A stretch of DNA of 64,000 bases from Octopus sinensis (lineage: Eukaryota). Made by a program: the position numbers and the translations under genes. Where the stretch lies: NCBI RefSeq assembly GCF_006345805.1, contig NC_042997.1:84444001-84508000 (forward strand), given 5' to 3'. The notes beneath the pieces were generated by a model. It had not been told where the DNA came from. It saw only the letters and a list, made by a program, of their open reading frames with translations, and did no database searches. Positions 11,196-23,430 of this stretch are shown piece after piece. The stretch's first letter is position 1; the number at the start of each line of letters is the position of its first letter.

Positions 11196-12879
11196 TGTTA
11201 TCTTTTGTACATGTTTCCTAATACATGGCGGTGTTCAACTTTTTTCTTTCTTATTTTAGCATTTTCTTATTCATTTTCACCGTTAGTTCGAAACAAAATT
11301 TCTGAAATCATATACGCTATTTCCAGACTTTCACAATCTCATTTTCCAAATTTTGATATACTTGGGGTTTGTGTTATTTCTTATGACTACTTAAGTTTAT
11401 GTAACCTTTTCAATCTAAAAAAAAAACAACTACAGTATAATCAGTTCATGAGAATGAAGCTATGGAAATGGGGAAACGTCCAAAATGAATTTACTAACAT
11501 GTTTTTTGATTGCAAAAACAAAAAAAAATATGAGAAAATATGAAAATGCTAAAATATAAATGACAAAACTTGTGTACAATCACGTATCTGATGAAGCACA
11601 CACATACACACACATACACACACACACACGCACACACACAATACACATATCAATTAAAAGGTTAACCAGTTAAATACAGTCCAACTATGTGTTCAGTGCT
11701 ACTACTGTTCGTTGTTCATATATAAATATATATATATATATCTTATAATACTAAAACTCTAGATGTTTGTTTGTTCCCGAAATATCTCAGAAATAGTATA
11801 TTTTATTTTAATTTTTTTACATATATATTTTCATAATTACTTTATTCAGTGCAGAATGAATTTTTGCGATATTTGGACCTCTCTTTATTAATGAAAACGA
11901 TTAAACATATTTTTTATTTGTTATTTCTTGACGAAAACAAAACATGGCTTCCGTGATGTCAACACACATGCACAAGTCCAGAATACACACATATAATGAA
12001 TGTATTGGCGTGTGAATCAACACAAACACATGTACACTATCAGTGACATATTACACACAAATAAGCTTCGCGCGCTCTCTCTCTACCACTCTCAAAAAAA
12101 CCCCTCGACCTTTTGACGTACACAATATTTTAATCATTTAGAAAAGATTTTAGTAAATGTGATTTCAAAAATGTAAGTTGTTTGTACAGTAAGTATACAT
12201 ATTTTAGCGTTATTTAAAGACAATATTTAAAAAAAAATTATTTTCAAGTGAATACCATTACAATTTTTTTGGCATATTTAAAAAATATTTTAAAGTAAAA
12301 GTACGGTAAATATTTCGTAAATGATCTGTTCGTAACCTCGGTGTGAAATACCTGTTACGAGGTAGCATGGCGTGCAAGAAATAGTAGCTAAGCCTGTCCT
12401 CTGGGGAAAGCAAACGTTTACGCGTGATTTCGATGTCACATTCGTTGAAAGCTTGCGAAATAACCTGGAAAATAAAAAATAACTCACGAAACAAAACTCC
12501 CTTGCTGGGAAACTCACACTTTCCAGGTGACCCAACGGGTCTGGGTAGTCTAGTAACAAATTAATATGGTGGCTTCTCACTTTGTCAGTGATTAAGTATA
12601 GTGTTTGGAGGCTTCGAATTAAATTTTATTTTATTTACTCTTATTTTACCATAGCCGGTGTTTGTCAGCATCCTCCGTCACTTTTGTGACCTCTGTTAAT
12701 TTTACACACATACATACGTAACAAAACTGTTTTGCTCTACAATAATTCTGCAAATAATATTTCTAGAATATTACGGCACCTATACAACAACAGAAATACA
12801 TATTGGATTGTGAAACAACTCCGATTTTACCCTACATACTAAGTACTAACATGATGTGTGTGTGTTTCTGTATGTGTGT

Positions 12880-12890
12880 ATGTGAATATA

Positions 12891-12972
<82 letters not shown>

Positions 12973-13234
12973 CTGTGTGTGTGTGAGTATGTGTGTGTGT
13001 ATATACCATACTCTCACACCGCCTCCGAGGAAGAGATATAATTAACAAATATCCTGGAAACAGCTGTAAGACTATCTATAAACGTTCTAATATCTATACA
13101 GCCTTGGTTTTTTTTTATCTCATTAAGCAAAATATTCTTATATATGTGTATATAATATGTATATATATATACATATATATATATACATATATATATATAC
13201 ATATATATATATATAAGCATATATATATACACAC

Positions 13235-13269
<35 letters not shown>

Positions 13270-13284
13270 CATATATATATAAGC

Positions 13285-13315
<31 letters not shown>
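12880..13315. repeat. (AT)n-rich tracts enclosing a unique island of about 170 bp
   Basis: Direct reading. Confidence 0.9.
13021..13072 (+). ncRNA. Degenerate hammerhead-like motif (probably inactive)
   Basis: gcct-CCGAGGA-agagatat..atatcctg-GAAAC-AGCT-GTA-agac; palindromic stem III ACAGCTGT; U4 changed to C; stem I has one mismatch. Confidence 0.45.
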
Positions 13316-13316
<1 letters not shown>

Positions 13317-13614
13317 CACCGTAACTGTCCAGGCTGTCAGATGTTACTACACATCGCTGGTCACAGTGCGCTTTGCATTGTTTTAGCCTTCAGATGACGC
13401 CACCCTGCTGGCTAAGCGAGCAGGCCAACAGAAGAAAGAGTGAGAGAAAGTTGTGGCGAAAGAGTACAGCAGGGTTCGCCACCACCTCCTGCTGGAGCCT
13501 CGAGGAGCTTTAGGTGTTTTCGCTCAATAAACACTCATAACGTCCGGTCTGGGAATCGAAACCGCGATCCTAAGACCGCGAGTCCGCTGCCCTAACCACT
13601 GGGCCATTGCGCCT

Positions 13615-13617
<3 letters not shown>
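13316..13617 (-). mobile_element. tRNA-derived SINE family C (probable RTE-related tail) inside (TA)n
   Basis: Minus GGAGGCGCAATGGCCCAGTGGTTAGGGCAGCGGACTCGCGG..GGTTTCGATTCCCAG (A and B boxes); 3' gaaggctaaaacaatgcaaagcgcactgtgaccagcgatg..ggtgata; (AT)n on both sides. Confidence 0.85.
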
Positions 13618-13663
<46 letters not shown>

Positions 13664-13764
13664 TTTATATATATGTATATATATATATATGCATTTATAT
13701 ATATATATATATATATATATGCATTTATATATATATATGTAAACATATAAGTACGTATTCTTTT

Positions 13765-13943
13765 ATTCTTTTACTTGTTTCAGTCATTAGACCGCGGCCA
13801 AGCTGGAGCACTATATTCAAGAATCGCCCCAGTACTTTCATTTGTTTTATAAAAGCCTGGAACTTATTCTATCGGTCTCTGTTGCCGAACCGCAAAATTA
13901 CGGGGACATAAACACACCAATAAGAGACAAGCACAGACACACA

Positions 13944-14032
<89 letters not shown>

Positions 14033-14212
14033 ACACACACACATATATACGACGGGCTTTTTTCAGTATCGGTCTACCAAATCCATTCACAAGGCTTTGG
14101 AGTGTCCGAGGCTAGAGTAGAAGACATTTGCCCAAGGTGCCACGCAGCGAAACTGAACCCAGAACCACGTCGTTTGGAACTAAGCTTCTTACCACATAGT
14201 CACGATGCCTGC
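13765..14212 (-). mobile_element. SINE family B with an internal (AC)n expansion
   Basis: tttacttgtttcagtcattagaccgcggcc..gccgaaccgc..cggggac..(AC)n..ccaaatccattcacaaggctttgg..cccaaggtgccacgcag. Confidence 0.85.
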
Positions 14213-14248
<36 letters not shown>

Positions 14249-14249
14249 T

Positions 14250-14298
<49 letters not shown>

Positions 14299-14664
14299 GT
14301 GTGTGTGTGTGTGTGTACATTGACTGAGCGATTGAATTTTTATTGTATTGACATAAGCACAGCTTTGTAGTGGTGTACTACATATGTTTGCTCGGCAAGC
14401 ACATTGTGCTAGGTTCGATCCCGCTGAGAGTTCATGTGTGCATTTGTAAACTGATACTGAGTTACGTATCTTGCTGTCAAACGGTTCGATAAATAAATAA
14501 ATATCAATACAATGTGTACTATACTTGAATATATATTTGCGTCGATATGCCTTAGCAAGCAGCTGTTCAGAAAACGTACACACACACACACACAACGCAT
14601 TTACAAACACAAATACCCACATACCTATTCATCACACGCACATTCATGTAAACAAAGCATACAT

Positions 14665-14684
14665 TCATATCTATCTATCTATCA

Positions 14685-14753
<69 letters not shown>

Positions 14754-14892
14754 CCTACCTACCTACTTACCTATCTATCTATCTATCTATCTCTGTCTGT
14801 TTGTCTGTCTGTCTGTCTATTTATCTATCTACCTACCTACCTACCTACCTACATACCTACCTACCTACCTACCTACCTACCTACCTACTTAC

Positions 14893-14970
<78 letters not shown>

Positions 14971-15054
14971 CTGTCTGTTTGTCTGTCTGTCTGTCTATTT
15001 ATCTACCTACCTACCTACCTACCTACCTACCTACCTACCTACCTACCTACCTAC

Positions 15055-15089
<35 letters not shown>

Positions 15090-15192
15090 CTATCTATCTA
15101 TCTATCAGTCTGTCTAACTATCTATCATCTATCAAGCTTATCTATCTGTCTTACCCAGAAATCCTGCTGTTTAACTTTCTGTCTATCCATTC

Positions 15193-15270
<78 letters not shown>
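14665..15270. repeat. Compound (TATC)n/(TACC)n/(TGTC)n tetranucleotide array with a higher-order repeat of about 178 bp
   Basis: The block ctctgtctgtttgtctgtctgtctgtctatttatct starts at 14791 and 14969. Confidence 0.9.
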
Positions 15271-15271
<1 letters not shown>

Positions 15272-15599
15272 AATCTACCGGTCTGTGTGTGCGTTTGAAT
15301 GTGTGTGTGTTGTATGTCTATTGGCCTTGTGCCTATTGCATACAAATGAATTTGGGTGAATCTGTTGGTCTATGCAGCATGTATAAAAGAATCGAAAGAG
15401 TAACATTCAGACTATAGTCTCATTATAGATGGTGTTATAATGACAGCTATTGAATGCATAGCGTGAAGATGCCTGCCAATACAAAGCTGGTGCTAGTCAG
15501 TGATGCCATCTATATCAATGTCTTCTGCTAAACGGGTTCCCCTTCATTTAATATCAGCTTAGATAATTAAACTCCCGCATCACTTACTTTCCAGTTACT

Positions 15600-16330
15600 G
15601 ATTTCATACTCCGATCTCTCTTTCCTTCTCCCCCTCCTCTCTGTCTTTCACTACGTGCAATCACTTTCTATTTCTCTTCATATTTTTCCTCACTGCCCTC
15701 CCCTAATCTGATATCTTTTATTTTTCTCTGTCCCCAGTCTCTTCCCACGATCTCTCACACTCTCATTGCCATACTCTCTACTCTTATTTTTGTCACTTAA
15801 ATTTCTCTCTCACTATATCTCTCTCCCTTCTCTCTGGTTCTTTCTCCTCTCTCTCTCTCTCTCTCTCCCTGCTTCTCTGTCTGTCTTTCTCTTTGTCGGT
15901 TTGCCTCTCTGTCAGTCACTCTCTTTGTCAGTTTCTGTCTGAATTCTTTCTTATATACATTTTATATTAATCATTCTGTCTCCCCGCTCTACGTGTCTTG
16001 CCCTCTCTTTGTTCCTCCTCTCTCCCCTATCTCTCTCTTTCTTCGAATTGGTATCTTTTCTCCTCGCATAACTTTTTATTCTATTTCACATTCCTCTTTT
16101 CCTCTCACTCTTTTCTCTTTACGTATTTTATATTTCTTTCTCTCTTTTACTACTCCAATTTAAAAGTACCATATTCCACGCTAACCCCTTCCCTCTTAAT
16201 TGTATTTCTATATTTTAACCATTCTTGAAAACTTTTCTCCCTTTCTTTTGCATGTCAGTGCTCCATCCCCCTTGTGCGTTCTCTTTCTCTCTCACTCACT
16301 CCCCCTCTCTCTCATGTCTTCTATTAATTC
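15600..16330. repeat. Polypyrimidine (CT-rich) low-complexity tract
   Basis: Direct reading. Confidence 0.85.
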
Positions 16331-17044
16331 TTTATCCTGTTCGTGTCCATACAGAAACAAAAAAGCGAATGAAATATTACTTTGTGCATGAAAAACTTGG
16401 TTAATAACATTTTTGTTTCTTCTGCCAAACTGAGATGCTTTTCGTTTCCAATCTATTTGTTAATGCAGTTTAGTTGCAGAGAACTGGACATTAGGGATTG
16501 AAAGGTTCCGAGTTCAACTACTGACTTAAAATACTGAAACCATACTTTTATGATGCTGAGAAATCAATTACCAGAGTATGTCAGCACTGATGATTTCCAG
16601 TAAAATGAAATCACAGGATATGAGAGTCTCGGTGCCCATGACAGACGATTCCCGTCTATGATCTATATGTGTGCTTTTATGCACCAAGCACGTAAATGGG
16701 AGGATCTCTCAAGGTCAATAACTCAGCATTTAGTGTTCTAACAAGACATCCTTATTAAGTTGGATATAAAGATTACTTTTTGGTATTTATATTCCCTCTG
16801 TCACGAATGATTAGGTATAAATGTTTAAAAGTAACATCGTTTTATTAGTGGTTATTCTTCAAAATAAACCTTGTTCTCTTTGGGTTATTTAAGCATGTTT
16901 TCGAACTTGACGATTTTTAAATGTATAATAATTTTTGGGATGAGCACATATGTGGCTCATTTGTGGAGTGACCATACACATGTTTGCTTTATTCAAACGA
17001 TAAAAACGGTCTTTGTTGCGGTCGAAGACTTGATTCAATGACGT

Positions 17045-17256
17045 AATATTGGTTTCAAATTTTGGCCAAAGACCAGCAATTTCAGGGAAGGGGGAGGTCA
17101 ATTAAATCGACCTCAGTGTTCAACTGGTCCTTACTTTCACAATAGTGAAAGGTAAAATCGACTCCGGCGGCATTTGAACCCAGAACGTAAAATAGGAAGA
17201 AATGCCGCGAAGCACTTTTTACCGGCGCTGTAACGCTTCCGCCAGTTCGCCTCCTT
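17045..17256 (-). mobile_element. SINE family A
   Basis: aatattggtttcaaattttggcc..tcgacctcagtgttcaactgg..ggcggcatttgaacccagaacgt..gccagttcgcctcc. Confidence 0.8.
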
Positions 17257-18189
17257 CAGTGTAATAATTTTAACTAAACAACTTCAATAAAAATTCTATT
17301 TTCCAGTTCTGCACAAAATTCTTAATTCTAAATGCCTCATTTCACCTTAGGGAAAAAATCACATTTGCTAAAATTTAGTTCTGTGTCCCTGAAAAATTCA
17401 TCTAGACTATTTTTTTCCTCGTTTATTTTGTTTCCAAATTAATGGGTGCTGAAGACTATATATTAGCCCTATCAATTAGCTATTAAAATTTGATTCTCAG
17501 TTGCAAATATTTCATCATCCTTCTATGGTTACTGACTTTTGAGAAAATAAAATGCTTAGCTACACAGCATCTTCAGCTAATCTTAGATCTAAGTGCTTTA
17601 TACAGCCTTGAAGTGCAGCAGCTGCTCTCAGAGCTGTAGACTGTGAAAGCCTATCAGCAACACATATACTACAGATGGTTTTAAATATTTATGTAACCGT
17701 GAATTACATCACGAATACTGTAAGCAACGTAAATGCATCTATAGTAAATTATGTTTTGGATGGCGTTCCATATCTTATCACTCTTTGCCATACGTATAAT
17801 ATAAACATTGTGTGTATAACTGATTATATCTTCGATAAATATTGCATGTGAAACAGATTTTCTCTCCCGTTGCACATTCAAAGGACTGGAGTTCATGCAC
17901 TATCAAAGGAAAATGGGTTTCCTGCATGCTGTACTTATTTTCCCCCTGGGATTACTTTCTGTATCTGTGAAAAGACGCTGATTTTTCTTTACTTTTTTCC
18001 CCAGTCTCCCGCTTTTTGCTTCCATCCTCCATCCACTCTTCGCAATAAGTGTTGGGTGTCAATGTGGTAGCGAGCAGACATAGACACTCTCTCCGCTTTC
18101 TTACTCTTCATATAATGGCTTATCGAGAATATGACAGATAGAGGAAGAAAAGGCTGCACTAGTAAGCATGTGCTCTAGAGTATACAGAT

Positions 18190-18320
18190 TATCATTTGGG
18201 CACTGGTGAATTTACAACTGAGTAGACGGGACCACCTTCCTCAAGGATACAGCGCGTCATCCAGTCCAGGAATTGAACCCACTATATTACATACGTAGGT
18301 CTGATTCTCTAAATACTAGG
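18190..18320 (-). mobile_element. Decayed tRNA-head SINE, family E
   Basis: Minus gtgggttcaattcctggactgg..tgtatccttgaggaagg..tactcagttgtaaat; related copy at 61960-62105 (+). Confidence 0.5.
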
Positions 18321-19059
18321 ATACACGTTATACAGTATAGCATAAAATGATAATGAAGATAAATTGTGGCAATGATAAGTTTCAATCTCTAGGAAAATTT
18401 TCTGTCTCTATTGTAAAAGGCCTAATTCGTGAATCTATTTCGACTAAGTTTATGTACATTATCAGTCAGTATAGGGTCTGGTAACTACGTATTCGTCTGT
18501 ACTTTACTGAAGAGGTCTAATAAGACTGCAATATTCTCGGAAATATAACTGAAATTTAACAAAAACCAGACTTCACTTCATGGCCACATTCATTTAAAAT
18601 CAATTTTAATTACAAGTTGTCCCTTCTTGCCTTTACTTATAATTATAGTTAATAGAAATTATCTTACTTTTCATTGCTGGTTAAATTTTAATTGATAAAA
18701 TATTTTGGGGAGAGGTGGATTGAATATTCTTAGTATACAGCCTCCACTTATCACTATGTTTTCATGCAAAAGTATCCCTGGGAAAACGTCACATTGTCTT
18801 TAGATTTCAATGCATCTCTAGTTTGAATAAAACTATAGAATATATTCCATGTAAGATAGAATAAACTCCATAATAGATGGGTCTCTATCAAGCACACGCT
18901 TCTTCTTACATCTTATATAATCAGGCGAATGTAACAGTTAATCGTTACTTAATTAATTTATGCTCGGATATCATTTAGCCATAGAATACTTGCAAACCAT
19001 GGAAGCGAAACAAAAGTGAAATAACGACTACAACAAAATAAACATATTTATATATATAT

Positions 19060-19104
<45 letters not shown>

Positions 19105-19461
19105 TGATATCCCATTCCCATCCACCATTCTTTCCAGAAATAATCAAAATATTGTTGCGATCAATCAATCTAATTTATTGATTAAACGGATCATTTTCAT
19201 TTTTACCTTTCATCAACAAAGTGACTCAGATATTTGTCGTGTGAGCAAGGGTTAATAACTATATTGTACGCTTGAAATTAAACAACAAAACAATAGTAAC
19301 AAAATAAGTAAAGAAATATTAACAAAAAATATTTAAAAAAAGTTTTGTAATTCTATTAATTTTTTTTTGTTTTGTTTCTGTTTGGTGTTCAATAATTATT
19401 TTTTTATGAATTGTCTTAATATTTTGATGTTATATTTCAACAAAACCCCACCTAGAAAAGC

Positions 19462-19462
<1 letters not shown>

Positions 19463-19535
<73 letters not shown>

Positions 19536-19536
19536 C

Positions 19537-19608
<72 letters not shown>

Positions 19609-19673
19609 TAATAATAATAATAATGATAATAATAATAATGATGATGTTGATGATAATGATAATGATAATAATC

Positions 19674-19722
<49 letters not shown>

Positions 19723-19903
19723 TAAATACTACTAATAATAGTAGTAGAGTTTTCCTCCGGCCAGAATCATCAGGAACGTATTAAATAGTTGAAAAGAACA
19801 GATACAATGGTACCACAGGCAGCAGGTAGCCAACCTGCTGCGCATGCTAGACTCCAGGAGTTCCAACAAAACCTGAGTTATGATGATGATGATGATGATG
19901 ATG

Positions 19904-19951
<48 letters not shown>

Positions 19952-20005
19952 TAATAATAATAACAACAATAATAATAATAATAACAACAACAACAACAAT
20001 AATGA
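19463..20005. repeat. (AAT)n/(GAT)n/(AAC)n microsatellites interrupted by a LINE 3' end
   Basis: Direct reading. Confidence 0.95.
19752..19880 (+). mobile_element. Extreme 3' end of an R4/Dong-like LINE inside (AAT)n
   Basis: Encodes PPARIIRNVLNS*, like the R4/Dong C-terminal GTARILRKVL. A 3'UTR follows with the perfect hairpin GCAGCAGGT-agcca-ACCTGCTGC (19819-19841), then triplet repeats. Confidence 0.6.
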
Positions 20006-20408
20006 TTTCTTTTATTTGCCATCAGGGTGAAGGATGAGGGAGACGATACAAAAGTAGACATCAAGTGTTGGGGGGGGGGGGGCTTAGATATGATGAAATG
20101 ACAGGAAAAACTCTATATAAATGTATAGAAATTATACACTGTACACGATAAGACAGAGAAGGAAAGCATACATGGTATACAATAGTAAAAATAAAGTAAA
20201 ATAAAAGGGACTGGAGTTGATAGTGATGTTGTCCTCCTGCCGCAGGAGGACTTCCAGGAATAATCAAAGAACTCATCACTCCAAGATCACTCTGAACACT
20301 AAGAGCAAGTGCCGTCTCCACAGGTTTATACTTAGAATGGTACCATCCACTCTTGCCATTTTCGCAACTTTCACCCACCTTGTCATAAAATCACTTGAGG
20401 ACAGCGCC

Positions 20409-20454
<46 letters not shown>

Positions 20455-20499
20455 TAATAATAATAATAATAATAATAATGTGAGCAACTACTACACGTA

Positions 20500-21200
20500 A
20501 TACAGCAACACCGAAACATAAATGCTTTTCTCTCTACACATAAAAGCGATAAAATACAAAACTACACTGAAATACTGAATTCAGATGACAACTCAAAAGA
20601 AATGATTAAAGAGGCAAAAACAACATGGAAGCAAAATTTCAAAACATATCAAAGAAGAAATAGAGAGAAAAATCACTCCATAGCCAATACCCTGCAAGGC
20701 TTAACACTGAAGAGAGCCTTAGTGAAAGCCAACAACGGCTCAAAAGCTCAAACACCAGCATAGTGTGACACTTGGCCTTATAATCTGAAGCTGCTCAGTT
20801 CGAGCCAAAGCTGAAAAAATACATTCAGATACGACAGAGTTAGTAGGTATATCCATTGTTAACATTACAACATAAAAACAAAAAATGGTACAAATATGTG
20901 CAAGCAAGCTACATGACAAGGACCGGGTCGAATCATCTGGGATATGTCTGTTCAAACTAAAAATGAAATGAAAGCGAATCATCCAGACATAATAATTAAG
21001 GACTGGGATTTTAAAAAATAACACGTGCATGCTGATAGACATTGCAGTCTCTTCTGACCAAAATATTGACCCAAAGAGAAACTGTCAAAATACAAATATC
21101 TACGAATTTTAAATATTCAGAATGTGGGGAATAAAGGTGAAAACAATAGCAGTAATAATTGGAGCACTGGGTATGATAACAATCTTATGAATATAATTAT
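20500..21200 (+). pseudogene. Decayed R4/Dong-like LINE 3' region (post-RT domain and RLE)
   Basis: Fragments LHSQYPARLN, SQQRLKSS, WYKY, MLIDIAVSSDQNID..KLSKYKYL..RMWGIKVKTIAVIIGALGMIT; follows (AAT)n at 20408-20478. Confidence 0.75.
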
Positions 21201-21625
21201 AGGAGCCTCTATCATCAGGGTAGAAAAGATCTTTTCATTTTAGATCTTAATGCAGAGAAGTTCATCTTTGAACTTTGTTGATTGCTTCCAATACTGCAGC
21301 ATATTGTGATGAACTACATATACTAACATAAAGTAGATCTCCAAGGCCCCAGAAACAGCTGTTGGACTTATGACAACTTCCTCTTCCCCTTTAATTCTCT
21401 CTGTCGCTAGCACTCTGTGTTATTAATATAAATATCTATATATTTATGCTTAAATATTCATCGTCTGAAGTCTCAACATTTTGCCCTCTCTCGTTTTGTA
21501 TGTATACATATATACGTACATACATACATACATACATACATACATACATACATACATACATACATACATACGTAAATGCATACATGCATACATACATACA
21601 TACATACATACATACATACATACAC

Positions 21626-21873
21626 TATTATTATGGCTGCCCCCTCGTTATCGAGTATGGCCATTGCACGAAGCTTAACTGTTACTGGTGGTGTGATCGA
21701 ATGTGGCTTTTTAGCCCAGCCAAAGATCTATAATGTCTTGTACAAAATAGGCAACTAAAATCTTTACTGGTAATAGCCGGCTGTAGTTGTAACTGGGCTT
21801 CATGTACCTTTGCATGTCGTTTAAGTCCTCCTGCCGAATTACAGGTTTTAGTTGCCAATTTTGTACAAGACAT
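21626..21873 (-). mobile_element. 5'-truncated RTE-clade LINE 3' end with two C2H2-like fingers and a 30-bp 5' inversion
   Basis: Minus ..[39 protein letters not shown], then gcaatggccatactcgataacgagggggcagccataataat. 21844-21873 is inverted. Flanked by (CATA)n and (AT)n. Confidence 0.75.
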
Positions 21874-21875
21874 AT

Positions 21876-21945
<70 letters not shown>

Positions 21946-22060
21946 ATATATGTATATATATATACATATACATTTGTATGTATGTATATATACACGTATA
22001 TACATATAAATGTATATATAGATACATACATACATGCATATATGTATACACACACACATG

Positions 22061-23283
22061 TTGGGTCATCCTATAAATACTGCGGTTTTTTTAATACTTC
22101 TTTTATTGTTTCGTATTCTTTTTAAATCTAAAATATACGCTCCTTCATTTTCTGCAATGCTCTTCAATCTATCTAGTACACTTGCAAGGTCCCTCTTCTA
22201 AAATTCACTTCTCCGTGACGAAAAATACTCCTCTAGTACTGTTCTGACCTCGTTTACAGATTTCATATTTTTTCCGTCTAAAGGATTTTGAACACTGGGA
22301 AATAAATGATAATCTGATGGGGCAATGTCTGGCGATTATGATGGGTGGGGCATCGTTTTCCATTCAAACTGCTCCAGCCTTTGGAATGTCATCCTCGTTG
22401 TATGTGAGCAAGCATTATCTTGATGGAAGAGCGCCTTTCCTCTTGAAACCAAAGATGGTCGTTTTTATTCTAGCCCTGACTTAAGCCGCTCAAGATCTAT
22501 GTTATCGTTTGTTTTGGGTGTAAAAGCTCAAAGTGGACTAAACATTTTATATCTCACCAAACAGATCACAGCAGCTTACGTGGGTGACGACCGTTAGCCT
22601 GGAGTGCTAGGGTTTCTCCTTTCCCTACCCACTGTCTTCAATGCTTGACATTTTTATAGGGAACCCATTTCTTGTCATCAGACACTATTGTGAAACGTGA
22701 CAACAAAGTAGAGCACACATTCACTCTCTGCGCGCGATTAGGCTCGGAAGGTTTGTGAGGAACCCATTGACCCAGTTTGCTGACTTTTCTGATGGTACGC
22801 AGGTGTTAGGTGTCGATGAATGATTGAATGATCACATCCAAGCTTCTCTGCTAGTCAATAGTTACGATGGGATTTTGTTCTATCTGGGTTTGCAAGTCGT
22901 CCTCGTCGGGCTCTACAGATCTTACAGGATGAGGTTAGTCTTCTAGGCTGTAGTTTCCGGCTCGGAATTTCTGGAAGTACCGTTCACACTGGCTAACGCT
23001 TAATGTTCGATCATTAGTATTCCTTGCACTTTCCGTTGCATAGCTGCCTTTATTGAGCTCATAAAACAAAATATGCCTAATATGCCCCTTTGTCATTTCC
23101 ATTATAGCTTTGAAAAAGAACAGTTAAAATCGAACTGCACTCTTGAAAACTTGCACTACGAATAAGTACAAGTTAAAATTACTACTTGTTTTTATAGCAA
23201 GTTAATGCAAGTAGTTTATCCCGCCCCCTCCAACTTTTATTTGATGCAATTGAAAAAACCGCATTATTTATGGGATGACCCAA
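22061..23283 (-). mobile_element. mariner (DD34D-type) transposon relic, about 1.22 kb, with TIRs
   Basis: TIR TTGGGTCATCC(T/C)ATAAATA(C/A)TGCGGTTTTTT at both ends, TA on the right. Minus frames give MEMTKGHIRHILFYELNKG, KLGQWVPHK, IVSDDKKW and HPS*SPDIAPSDYHLF, with stops and frameshifts. Confidence 0.92.
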
Positions 23284-23430
23284 TACACACACACACATAT
23301 GGGTTTCTGTATATACATGCATATATGTAAATATGAATATATGTATATGATTATCTGTCTTACTAACCATCTGTCTATCTATGTATATGTATAATATATT
23401 GTATGCACACACACACACACACACACATTA

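Noticed and set aside
11738-11800. Helitron-like 5' end (tcttataatactaaaactctagatgtttgtttgttcccg)
   Set aside because: No matching 3' hairpin plus CTAG end found nearby
13540-13617. tRNA gene
   Set aside because: A and B boxes are present but there is no acceptor stem or cloverleaf, and it continues into a SINE body; the same holds for the other SINE heads
14512-15359. 201-257 aa ORFs of (YLSI/YLPT)n
   Set aside because: Translation of (TATC)/(TACC) repeats
21682-21873. C2H2 zinc-finger gene (cephalopods have a large C2H2 expansion)
   Set aside because: No TGEKP linkers or splice context. It is followed directly by a LINE-type 3'UTR and repeat tail, so it fits an RTE ORF2 C-terminus better.
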